The translations under genes and the position numbers were made by a program. The notes beneath the pieces are model-generated. The model saw nothing but the letters and a program-made list of their open reading frames with translations. It searched no databases and was not told where the DNA came from. Below, one piece after another: positions 12,101 to 22,552 of a stretch of DNA of 60,832 nucleotides (within the stretch, counting starts at the first letter, position 1; each line of letters starts with the position of its first letter). The stretch covers positions 884,244 to 945,075 of the forward strand of contig NW_014577062.1 of NCBI RefSeq assembly GCF_000485595.1, read 5' to 3'. This DNA is from Priapulus caudatus. Its lineage: Eukaryota.

Positions 12101-15100
12101 TGAAATCGGTTGTTGATATTCATTTACGTGCCGTAAATGTCATCCAGGAGGTCAAGCGATGCACGTAAACATTTGTGCGGCCCGTATGTTTTGGACGCCA
12201 GATGAAATGGAGGTGTCAGCGGTGTAACCACCGCCATGGACTAAATATGGAAATGGAGTAAAACACACGTACTAATCACGGACGCACATGCACAGCCCTG
12301 ACAAAAAGTTCCTTATCACGAGCGTCTGTGTTTACGAAATCACTGATGATAGCATTGCGTACGGTCGAGCATGCGTGCGAAAATCTCTGGGGCACTATAA
12401 ATATGTATCACACCCGCTTCGCCGGCAGCAGTTTGAAACTGTAAACAACTGATTTCAATTAGACATTTCTTAGTAACCAGCAGTGATATTGGACAAACTA
12501 ATACGTGTTTGGATGTAAGGTTATGTACTTATTAACTACACAAGGTGCCAGTTACTCTAGCATTCGTCAACATTGCATAATCAATGGGCCTAGTATGCCT
12601 TTAATTAATGTGAGATTCTCTCACACAATTCAAGAAACTACAGTGCATTAAAAAGATCAACAAGCCACTAGCATGTCCGAGTTCAATTGAAATGAGCTAC
12701 AAAACGAATAACCACGCCAGGCATCGATTACCCGTGGTGCCATTCTCTCCTCCAGTGCTACCCTGTCATAGCACGCCGTTAAATAACGAATCATCTGGGT
12801 ATCTGTAGCTTCAGGAGTTGGTAATTTAGACACACTATCATCATTTCCACTAGTCTTGACATTATCACCGGGGCTAACAAGAGGTAGATAACTGAAACAA
12901 AAACAAGTCATTATATCATACCTTTGTTTTTATACAGTTTTACATCCTGCACAAAAACATTGCACAAAAGCACAAAATAGTGTTATTTCACATTTTTCCA
13001 ACCATTCGCATGACTTCTCGACCATTCTGATACTTACAGGTACTTTTTGTGTAACACCAAGTGTATAGAGTAGTAATTTTTATGCTGGAGTAATCAGTAA
13101 TATGTCCGTTAACAGGTGCGACCTGATTTCTCAATGTTTATTTATTTTTTGGATTTAATGGAAAGATGATAATTTTATAATAATTCACATTTACTGGATT
13201 CACCCAAAAATTGAAATGTCTTCATTAAAACTATCCAATCCGATGTTTACATTCCAGATAAGAAACTGTACGCAAATTCCTATCAATGTGAGTATGCTCA
13301 CCTCTTGACAGGACTTGTCCCATATACAATAGCATTGTGGACTTCTGGTGGCTTCAGTGCAGCCAGGGGATTACTGTCACTTATTGACAGCAATATCATC
13401 ACTTCCATCACAAACTGGTTGATACGATCCTTATAATCTGCAAGGGATCAAGAGCATAAAAATTAACATTCACAGACGTTGTACAATGATGTAAAGTGTC
13501 TTAAGTATTTTTTCCAACAAAAAGATGCAAATAACAGGGTGCGAAATGAACGGTAGTCCGGTAGTCAAAAACTACTAGATTTACACACGGACGAGTAGAT
13601 TACAGTAAGAACTAGTCCAATGGACTAGCTAACTTAACGTGGCTCTATTCATTTTTGACTGACAAGGACGAATAAACTAATGATTTAATTTATTTATCTT
13701 TCCTGTAAGTTGTGATATAACCTCAAATTAAATAGATTAACGCCCATTAATTGTCAGTTATGACTTAAAACTGATATTCTATATCAAGCACGTTGAGTAA
13801 TTGATTGACATGGGCGCAGCCATGTTTGTTGCTGTGCTTTCATGTAGATATGAACACCACTCGTTTTTGCAAAACTAGCTATCGCAGAAGATCAGGATTT
13901 TTAATCAATAAAGAAAGAGGTTTTTATGAATGGCAATAACTTGTAAATGTTTTTAACCAGAATATTACAGTCAAATTGAACCTCTATCCAAAAAATATTT
14001 CAACTACCAGAATTGCTCACGGACTACCAGATTACAAAATCTAGTAGTCCATATGACTACCAGGTAATAAAGGTTCACTTCACACCCTGAAATAAAAACA
14101 CAACTGCATTAAATATAAGATGTACAGGCTATAATAATTCATATCATATAGCACTGCACCAACATCTGATAAGATGCCAGTATGCAAAATGAAGCCACAT
14201 TCTCAATCAGTGATGAAATATACATACCTTCATTGGCATTTTCAGCCAATGATTCAGCAAGCTGCAGCACGCACAGTGTATCAGGGCTGCCAGTGTCTGT
14301 CCAGCTCACCCTGAATATTCGCGCCAGGGTTATCAAAACCTGATCATCACCAATATCCGATGATGTGCTCGTCTCCTGTATCAGAACAAGGAAGCATAAC
14401 AAGGTGCAAATTACAACAATTAATGGTGATGAGCAGCATCACAGGCAATGAGTCTATTGCTCGTTCATACATTTTTCAAATGCATCCTTGACTTAAACAC
14501 TTTAGCTCCGAAGGGAGCATGCATGCATCATCCCCATTCGTGGCTGTGCCATGTTACATGGCCTAAAGTGGAATGGTTGCTCCACACTTCACCTAAGACT
14601 GCCTACTGTTTGGCTCACATACATAACAAACAATGAAAATAAGGGTGCAATGAACTGTGAGAGTGAAAGTATGAACAGCGTGCTATCTTGAGTTAGTTTG
14701 CCTGACTTGGACCTGGAATTCTCCAAAACTATCCAAAAATGTTAACATTTGGGTATTTGCTTTGTTGAGGTATAACCACAATAATCATAAAAATTCTTAT
14801 TATAACGGTTGTTGCTTATAAATGCACATTCCTACCCGATGTCTCTTTGGCGTTCCTTGCTTCTCTACATCATCTACCTCCATTGTTTCTATTCCTGAGT
14901 CAACATCCAACTGTGATGATACACTGAAGAACATGCCAACAGGGTTATAACACGTAAAAATAACAGTACAGTAAGTGCAAGTGATTGGAGATCCATGAAT
15001 AAGAGATCTACAACTACATAACATATTGGAAGTTTGTACCTTAAATCAAAAGCAATGAATGGTAAAATCATCCATTATGCACATAGCCATGTGCATAATG

Positions 15101-16812
15101 GATGATTTTACCATTCATTGCTTCTTACCTTCAAACGTACTATGTTTAAAAATGTTTTCTGAATTGCCTACAACTTCAAATCAAGTATTATATCCTAAAA
15201 TTAGAAGTATATAAAGAACAGATGGCACAAACCTTTTCTCACAGCTTTCAGCCCTTGCTTGGGGTTCGGCATTCTGTGCAGCACTGTCTACAGACATTTC
15301 CTCACACTTTTCTGTCGGAAAAGCGCAACCAGTTAAATATAAGAACATGAACTAAAATCAGGTTTTACTTCAAATATGGTAAACATTACAATATTTGTTG
15401 GCATACATAATATCTACCATAGGACTGTCTCATTGTTACCATTTTAATCAGCACATATATTAATCCAACTGTTACTGTAAAAACGTGTGTTAATTTTTGC
15501 TCATGCGCCTTGGTGTACATTCTGGCATTTAGCCTTCCCTGAAGCTTTACTTACCAGAAATAGCACTATCATCAACTGATGACATCTCAATTTCTTGTTC
15601 TAGTGAGGAATCTTCTAATATGCCAGCAGGTCTTAAATGAGCTTCTCTGACAGATTGTTCATCTTGCACAACTGCTGCTAACACATTATCAGCTGTCTGA
15701 CATAGTGATTCAGTTGGCTGGGTTGATGTCGAGGCTGTGGAAGGTGGTGACTGGCTTGTACTAGGTTGCAAACCCCCTAACCTAGCCAATCGCCGCTGCC
15801 TAATCTGTGGAGGCATTCAATATTTCACAAATTAGTATTAAAAATGTACATATAGCTCCTGTCTAAGTGTCTCATGTACATATCTGTTTCTTAAGCCCGG
15901 CGCACACGTGAGTTATTTTACTCAAGTAAAATGACGCACGAGTCAAATTACTCAACAAAAATCCGCCGCACACGTGAGTAAAATGACGCATGCGTCAAAT
16001 TACTCAACGAAAATCTACCGCACACGTGAGTAAAATAACTCACGCGTCATTTTACTTGAGTAAAATAATTCCCGTGTGTGTCGGGCATTAAACATTAAAT
16101 TACATACCGTAGTTTACAATGTACAGCACTAAAAAGATAACAGTAAACACAGTTAGCACGTACAACTCTACAATATTATAACCCAACCGTAATATGTAAT
16201 ACCAATACACCAACATTAAACTATAATATATCATATTATGGTTATTAATACTTACTATACATCTACTACTTCGCTCCCACTATAGGGGCTAACTGTACCA
16301 GTAACAATGGTACAGCTAAAGCTAACTCAATCAACGACTAAATAAGGCCAGCATTTTACAAGTCCAGATTTTCATCTGATCGCTTAGGGCGCCGATTTCC
16401 TTCCAATAAACACTGTAACCTTACACAGTTGTTAAGTCTGCATCATTTACATTTTTCCCAAGCCAAGGTTTTATAACAAAAACTTAAATTAAAACTCACT
16501 AAATTCAGAAGTTTTACCGTACATTTCTTTTCATTGTAATAGGAAAGAAATATTTACTGTATAGATTATCGATGGTTTACCACACTAATATAATTCCGTC
16601 GTTTTACTGATTAGTTACTCACTGTACCTTCTGTACATATTGGCATAGTTATACCTTAAAATTGTAATTTGTAGTGTCACTGTGACTGTGTAGTGTGTAC
16701 AACTTGCACATACGCAGAATTTTAGACTTCAATTGAAAAATATGACGAATGAAACACGCTCAAATGTCAATCCGATTAACTATTATACCTCTTCAGGCGA
16801 TAGCTCACTCAT
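193..16812 (-). CDS. UBE4B: Ubiquitin conjugation factor E4 B (Ufd2 core + U-box); multi-exon, 3'-partial, internal exons missing
   Basis: Spliced by hand with GT-AG borders and consistent phases. Exons 5'->3': 16789-16812 (MSELSPEE), 15555-15804 ([11 protein letters not shown]), 15233-15311, 14836-14923 ([14 protein letters not shown]), 14228-14375, 13302-13437, 12732-12891, 11793-11893, 10400-10520, 9808-9954, 9394-9513, 9084-9182, 8820-8933, 8357-8446, 7948-8053, 7249-7493 ([17 protein letters not shown]), 6864-6988, 6345-6443, 5551-5780 ([16 protein letters not shown]), [gap], 1942-2133 ([15 protein letters not shown]), 478-650 ([10 protein letters not shown]), 193-347 (U-box, [13 protein letters not shown]). 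The N-terminus matches UBE4B-type MEELSADEIRRRRLARL. The final exon lies left of the window. Confidence 0.96.
1227..1968 (-). repeat. 44-bp tandem repeat (~17 units) built from a UBE4B exon end plus its 5' splice site
   Basis: Plus-strand unit ctgacttacctcatcataaggcatcgcctgagcgaatgtttcct; the rightmost unit overlaps the real donor at 1941/1942. Confidence 0.97.
2180..2312 (-). repeat. Reverse-complement copies of the 61-bp satellite
   Basis: ttagttacgtgcctgcaaccattagttacg is the reverse complement of the unit at 4125-5457. Confidence 0.85.
2313..2899 (+). repeat. 31-bp GC-rich minisatellite (noisy, ~19 units) running into the gap
   Basis: Unit cccgcctcccgctctcaaccctgcgatgcca; reverse complement of the clean copies at 5458-5536. 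Confidence 0.9.
2900..3705. other. Assembly gap (806 N)
   Basis: Run of N. Further 10-N gaps occur at 18059-18068 and 33422-33431. Confidence 1.
4125..5457 (+). repeat. 61-bp tandem satellite (~22 units) made of three ~20-bp subrepeats
   Basis: Unit taactaatggttgcaggcacgtaactaatggcaacacttgttactaacagtgatgtatgcg; period seen at 4441/4502. Confidence 0.95.
5458..5536 (+). repeat. 31-bp minisatellite, 2.5 clean units just inside a UBE4B intron
   Basis: gggtggcatcgcagggttgagagcgggaggc repeated at 5459/5490/5521. Confidence 0.92.
5772..5966 (-). repeat. Three diverged ~61-69 bp units containing a UBE4B 3' splice site
   Basis: ggttgatacct(g/a)cagggggcagcacc at 5772 and 5841, and a diverged third unit at 5902. 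Confidence 0.85.
10562..10837 (+). repeat. 23-bp minisatellite (12 units)
   Basis: Unit taatccaggtatgttacttaacc. Confidence 0.95.
10838..11652. mobile_element. Non-autonomous TIR element (hAT-like), 6-bp TSD
   Basis: TIR CAGGGATGAGATT / AATCTCATCCCTG; ttaacc directly repeated on both sides. Confidence 0.8.
11979..12600. mobile_element. Non-autonomous Kolobok-like element, TTAA TSD, long TIRs
   Basis: ttaa|AGGCATACTAGGCCC...GGGCCTAGTATGCCT|ttaa; inverted similarity extends over 100 bp. Confidence 0.85.
13535..14089. mobile_element. Non-autonomous TIR element (hAT-like), 6-bp TSD
   Basis: CAGGGTGCGAAATGAAC ... GTTCACTTCACACCCTG; aaataa on both flanks; subterminal gactac/gtagtc repeats. Confidence 0.78.
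15050..15123. repeat. Perfect palindrome: 35-bp arms, 4-nt loop
   Basis: aagcaatgaatggtaaaatcatccattatgcacat-agcc-atgtgcataatggatgattttaccattcattgctt. Confidence 0.95.
15891..16091. mobile_element. Foldback MITE (PIF/Harbinger-like ends)
   Basis: ttaagcccggcgcacacgtgagttattttactcaagtaaaatgacgc ... gcgtcattttacttgagtaaaataattcccgtgtgtgtcgggcattaa. Confidence 0.75.
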
Positions 16813-16923
16813 TGATACTGGGCTGCTTATATAATTTAGACTTTACTGTCGATTTTCCCTGAAACTGTCAATGTTTTTCCCTAAAACGTTAAAATTAACT
16901 TCTTTGTCATGATGGCTGACATC

Positions 16924-16939
16924 TTGATGACGTCATCAA
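16924..16939. promoter_or_regulatory. Palindromic CRE/ATF site in the putative UBE4B-M6PR bidirectional promoter
   Basis: ttgaTGACGTCAtcaa, a perfect 16-bp palindrome about 112 bp upstream of the UBE4B ATG. Confidence 0.55.
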
Positions 16940-17123
16940 ATTTGCAATCGCTTGTCCAGAGCATGTCTACGCGTTTTAATAGTTATATATGAAAACTTAT
17001 TCTTGTAAAAAGATATCATTGTAGACATCCAATAATATCGAGCATGTTGACATAAATTTACATTTAAATATTTAACTTCGCTCGAGCATCGACTCGAGTA
17101 CGCAAGTAACGCAACTGTTTCTG

Positions 17124-17233
17124 GTAGACTGGTGCTCGCTCCCACCTCTCGGCCTACTGGCCACTACTGGCTGGGAGTTGCTCCCAGCGAGTAACTAACT
17201 TATGCCGAGAGGTGGGAGCGAGCATCAGTCTAC
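17124..17233. mobile_element. 110-bp hairpin MITE
   Basis: 30-bp inverted arms gtagactggtgctcgctcccacctctcggc / gccgagaggtgggagcgagcatcagtctac. Confidence 0.75.
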
Positions 17234-17244
17234 TATTTTTGGTC

Positions 17245-17477
17245 GATCCTCCTAAACACCGGAATGACTCGAAAACAAAATATCTGGAAATGACACCTAT
17301 TCAACTATCAACATTACTCGAAATGAGTCAGAGATATATTTCGAAATATCACGAAATAACAATTTGAGTTTTTAAAATTTAATTTATTTTATTTTAAGTC
17401 ATTTCGAGATCTAGTTCAGTAGGTGCATTTCGAGCCATTTCGAGTCATTTTAAGTCATTTCGGTGTTTAGGAGGTCC
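17245..17477. mobile_element. MITE with CCTCCTAAAC termini
   Basis: gatcctcctaaacaccggaatgact ... agtcatttcggtgtttaggaggtcc; a related partial element lies at ~60517-60755. Confidence 0.7.
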
Positions 17478-17575
17478 AGTTCTGGTCACATGCCAGTCTG
17501 TCATGGTGGACAAGATACGTAAATAATCTTTTTTATGAACTCAGAACTGTAGACTGTAGTGTACACATAACCGCA

Positions 17576-20500
17576 ATGAAACAGTTTTATGCATATTTTG
17601 TGCTAATGCTTGCGGCAAGGGCTGCAGGTGATTGTACACTAACAGTTTCGTCACAGACTCAGCAAGAATTTCTAAATAATATTAAGACTTTGCAAGGAAA
17701 AAGGTTGGATCATATTCAATAAATTCATAGTCATACTCATAGTCATAGTCATAGACTCATACTCATATTCCTACAACTTGAACGATGAACAGTCAGTTGC
17801 ATGTACACCAGAAGTAGATAATACTAATAGGGAAGGAGTGTGACTTCAATAAACAAGGGAAATTCGTTATTTACTAGCCTTAGAATATCTACGATCTACT
17901 ACGCGTAACTCAACCAACTTGAGCTCAAATCGTACACACTAGTCACTACTCACTAGACAGTACATTCGCCTAGCATCGTGCGAAATCGTTTCCTCGTATA
18001 CACCTGCAATCCGGAGATACAGCAGGGGCGGCGCGTACGGGGGGGCCCGGGCCCCCCCNNNNNNNNNNCCACACGCAGACCTCCCTCGCGTTGCTCGCAA
18101 GTTGGCTCTACGCGTTAGACCCCCTGCCTACAATCCTGGTCACACGCCCCTGTAAACACTAACGCTCACTAGGGTCTATGTCCCCAGGTTACTGCGCGAC
18201 GTACCTGGGTACGGTCGGGCTATACGGCTCTTCGTTATCAGCGTGCCGTTAGGCTCTGCGCTTGGCTGGCCCGGCGTACTTAACGCTGTGGTACGCGTGC
18301 CGTAGTGCGGTATAAGTACTCAGTCGTGTCGGCCCGTATGGCAAGTACGGTACTGATATCTCGACCCTCGTCGAGCCTCCGCAGATACAGGATCAGCGCC
18401 GAGAAGTCGCACCGGTACTTGGGGCACGAAGACGGCGCTGTCGCATGTCGTTCTGTCCTGTATAGGAGTAGAGGACCTAGAGGGATCTTCGTCAAAACTT
18501 TGTAATTTTCCAAGTAGGCAGTAGGCAGATAAAGAAATGCTGGAAAACAACTATCTCTTCGTTCTTTCTCCTTCATCTCACTCCTTATTCCTCTTATCTG
18601 TTATCTTCGCTTTCTTTCCGAATCCTCCCCCAGAAATTTTTTGAAATTAGACCCCCTCAGATGCGTTTTCTGCGCGAGCGGGGGGGGGGGGGCTCCGGAC
18701 CCCCTGGACCCCCCCCTGTACACGCCCCTGTTTTATGTATATATTTTATATAGTTCCTTTTATTCTTTTAGTTTAGTTTGCACTTTAGTTCTTAAGTCTT
18801 TTTAATTAATAAATAGTTGATGTATTCTTTATGTAATATCCTAGCAGCTTGGGTTTTTAAAGGCAAAACTGTTGTCAGCAACATGAAGATAAACTAAAGA
18901 TTAAAGCTAGTCGAGTGATGTTATAAGTGTTTGAATATCATTCAGCAATGTTATTTTTTGACTATTACCAGGTTGAAGAAAATGGAAATTTCTGTACGCC
19001 CTGAAAAAGATTCACTATTTCATATTCTTTATTCCTATTACATGTATTCATATTGATGCAAATTATATACTTCACTATAGTTGACATGTACATAGACATA
19101 TACTGAAAAGGTGTTATTTCCGTTTTTCTTCCATTTAAAAATTTGAAATTTTCACCTTCGATGTGCACCAGATCGTTCCATTTCAGTCCAAAAATTGAAA
19201 AAGCTCCCTGCCCTCCCACACCCACCCCCGCTCAGTCGCGTGGCTCCCTCGCTCTGGTGCTTCGCGCCCGAATAACTCACCCCCCCGGCATGGTCGCTTC
19301 ATTCTCTCAATTGGGCCCCCTTACTTTGAAAACCGTGGCGCCGCCCCTGGATACAGACTAAAACGTACGACTGTTGCCAGCAAACCGAATGTATAAACCG
19401 CCTAACTTTAAACAAAAGGCAGCTAGGTCAAAGATTAGCTCGCCGAGTGTTGCGTCGATATCCAATCTCCCAGCGAGCCACACCGCATCGCCGAGGGCGC
19501 AAGAGTGTGCAAGAGTCGTTAGTAGCTGCCTTTTGTTTCAAGTTAGGCAGTTTGCTGGCAACAGAATGGAGAATCGTGTCGTACGTTTTAGTCTGTATAT
19601 ATCCGGATTGCGGTTGTATACGAGGAAACGATTTCGCACAATGCTAGGCGAATGTACTGACTACTGTGTACGATTTGAGCTCAAGTTGGTTGAGTTACGC
19701 GTAGTAAATCGTAGGTATTCTAAGACTAGTAAATGACGAATTTTCTTTGTTTATTGAAGTCGCACTCCTTCCCTATTATCTACTTCTGATGTAAACAGAA
19801 TGGCAGTATCATCAACTTCTAAAATCGGTTGTTCTACAACTTGTACTTCACTACTTGTAGCTTTCACGGACAACGACAAGTTATTCACATTTATATTAAA
19901 AATTGATAAAGGATTATGCATTAGCTATGTCCCAAAAAGTGCAACCGCTTGCAATGAGCTCTGCCATTCTGTCTAGACATTCGCTGAACAATTATTCTGG
20001 CTCCATCAGTTTTAGCTTTAGTACTATAGCCCAGTGTACTGTTGCTGCAGGGCTGTACATTCTATTCTATTACATTACATTACATACATTACATTCTATT
20101 ACAAATGCTCGGGACCAACTTATTCACGCCAGCAGTGTTCGAAATTCACGTCGGCCCGCCACCGACAGTTTCCATGCCGGGCCTACAGCTTCTTGATAGA
20201 ACAGGCCTGCTGATCCTACAGCTATTTGATCACCGAAAATTTTAAACACTGAGAAACTGTTAGGGTTAGGGTTAGGGTTGCACCTCTCCTTGGTGCAATC
20301 CGCTCCCAAGCTCTCCCTTTTGTGTTCATAAACGACGTGCCTTCTGAAATTATATATATATATATATATACAGTGTTTCCCCTGGCCAAAAAGGTCTGTG
20401 CGGTGGTAAGTGTTTTTTGTGATGTGTTTGCGCATTTCGAAGTCATAGCAAAGCAAGCAGTGCAGGTGCTGGCCAAGCTAAGGGTCCGGGGGCATGCTCT

Positions 20501-22552
20501 CCTGGGAAATTTTTGAAAAAATGGTGCAATTTGGAGCATTTTAAGCTATTCTGAACACATTGTATGAACACATATTATATTGTTGTTATTCTGACTCTTG
20601 AATATCTTTTTCGAGTTGTCTAAAGTTTCGTCTTTGAGGCGGTGTTTTGGATAAATTTCTGTGTGGCTGCTGAGAATTTGAGCGAGGCAGCCCGCCTCGC
20701 TCGTGTCAATGCAGGGGAAACACTGTATATATATATGTATAGGTATAGATTATATACATATATATCAGGGCTCTCCAGAAATGCCATAATACCTGTCTAA
20801 TATGCTTAATTCAGCTTTGTATTTTTGCAGACTTTCGGCAGACACACAAAAATATAACTTCTCTATAGGAATTTGCACAAGTGCAGTAACAGACAAGGCC
20901 ATGGAAAAGGCAGGAGCAGTACAGATGGGAAAAGGAAATAAAGAAAATGTAACACTAGGTCGATTTACTATGACAGAGGTCAAAGGCGGCCGTAAGTGAT
21001 GTTTTAAGTGTTCTTGTTTAACAGTGATGATATTTGAAAACTACACAGTTGATATGCAAGAGTAATAGTATCTGCTTGCCTTGTTTACTGAAATCAGCTG
21101 ACTTTGTACTGCACATTGTAAGCAAGCAAAAATATGGTCTGTTGTTTTCACAGGTTCTGGTTGGTTTTTAAAGTCAGGTGATTTGGAAATTCATAATATT
21201 CAAAATTTTGAAGTGTAACTAATACTGTGTTGTCCTGCATTCTTTAAAGTTTGTGATAGCCTGTATTTGTAAAATTGGCCGCATGGTTGTTATTCCTTAT
21301 ACAGACAACTGGGTAATGCTGTCATACAAAGGAGGTGCTCACTACAGACATCATTGTAACAATTCCAGTAGGGAGGCTCACATCATGATCATCTGTGATC
21401 AACACCAAACTGAAGTATGTAAATCTTAATTATGCAGTGCTGCATCATTACTACATGCAAATAGGTGTAATTAAAGAGTGTGTGGGATTTTTAACTTTAC
21501 TCAGCTGTTGAACTATGTACATCATTTCACAACTAATTCTGTTTTTTCTCCTGTAGCCAGTCTTGACTGTGCTAGATGAAAACAGGGATAAGGACACTAA
21601 CTGCTACTACCTATTTGAGATAAGTTCGTCTGAAGTGTGTAACAATGAACAGGCACCAAGTGACAGTCAAGGACTTAGTGGTGGATCTATATTTGTGATA
21701 ATGTAAGGAGGAAATCTCTGTGAGATTGGTCTCTTATCAGCTACAGAAATTCTTTTCATTGCCAAATTACACTGCTATATTTTTACACTTACTTTTACAT
21801 TGTTTTACTGGAATTTGTTATATATGGGCACTCTTTTCGCACAAGATAGCATATGTGAAGAGGAATCTTATAACATATTGAATTTACATTTCTTATTGTG
21901 TTTATGGTTTGTTATTTTAGATTCTTCACAGTGGTCGGCATATATCTGCTAGTGGGCATATCATACCAGAGATTCGTGATGGGCGCCCGTGGCATGGAAC
22001 AGATGCCTAATCTCAGCTTTTGGCAATCACTAGGAAACCTGATTGCGGTAATTTAGATTTAACCTGAATAGAGAATTGTATGCTGCTAATTTACAATAAT
22101 CTAACCTTCTATTAATACATATGAGACATGATTGAATAACCCCCCCCCCCCCACAAGTGATACTATTTAATAGCTTATTTGCCATTTATCCATTTCCAAA
22201 ATACGAAATACACATAGTAGATGAACTGCTAGCGCATAATGGGTTATTAACTTGTAAACAAAAAAGTAATACCATTTAACATCAATTTATGTACACAGTC
22301 ATAAACTGTGTCTAGTTCACTGGTTGATACAGGAAAGGCGTGAGTAGACTTTACACAATATACTATATTGTACTACTAGTAGTGTGACTTTCTCTTTGGT
22401 TGATACAGGACGGGTGTGAGTGGGCATTCCGATCCCATCGCAATGCGGAATACCGGCATTATGAGAGCCCTGGGGGGTCTGTACCTCCTGCTGCTGGCAC
22501 AGAGGAGGAAGACAAGTTGTACGATCAGGATGACCATCTGTTGCCCATGTGA
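17576..22552 (+). CDS. M6PR: Cation-dependent mannose-6-phosphate receptor (CD-MPR/MPR46), 271 aa
   Basis: Exons 17576-17703 (signal peptide MKQFYAYFVLMLAARAAG-DC), 20831-20991, 21305-21414 (NWVMLSYKGG..HC..R..IMIIC), 21557-21702 (CYYLFE..LSGGSIFVI), 21921-22047 (TM, YQRFVMGARGMEQMPNLSFWQSLGNLIA), 22409-22552 (DGC...DDHLLPM*). Phases are all consistent and the C-terminal DDHLLPM is identical to vertebrate M6PR. Confidence 0.96.
17806..19791. mobile_element. Foldback element with long TIRs and TA TSD, interrupted by a nested insertion
   Basis: 17806-18022 plus 19357-19425 is the reverse complement of about 19522-19791; TA on both flanks. Confidence 0.85.
18023..19349. mobile_element. Nested TIR element with 7-bp TSD
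   Basis: CAGGGGCGGCGC ... GCGCCGCCCCTG flanked by gatacag at 18016-18022 and 19350-19356; extra internal ends (acacgcccctg) near 18151 and 18730. Confidence 0.82.
20371..20725. mobile_element. Non-autonomous hAT-like element inserted in a (TA)n tract
   Basis: 14-bp TIR CAGTGTTTCCCCTG / CAGGGGAAACACTG; shares the internal aaaaatggtgcaatttgg.gcatt..aagctattctgaacacatt block with the 10838 element. Confidence 0.82.

Noticed and set aside
193..16812. Calling UBE4B a pseudogene
   Set aside because: Twenty exons are intact with conserved splice phases; the lesions are confined to regions with long-read-like noise and the gap.
18280..18576. GC-rich ORFs inside the nested element
   Set aside because: Short, with no recognisable transposase or other motif.
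20259..20279. (TTAGGG)3 as a telomere or fusion scar
   Set aside because: Too short; the similar tract near 38990 sits inside a MITE.
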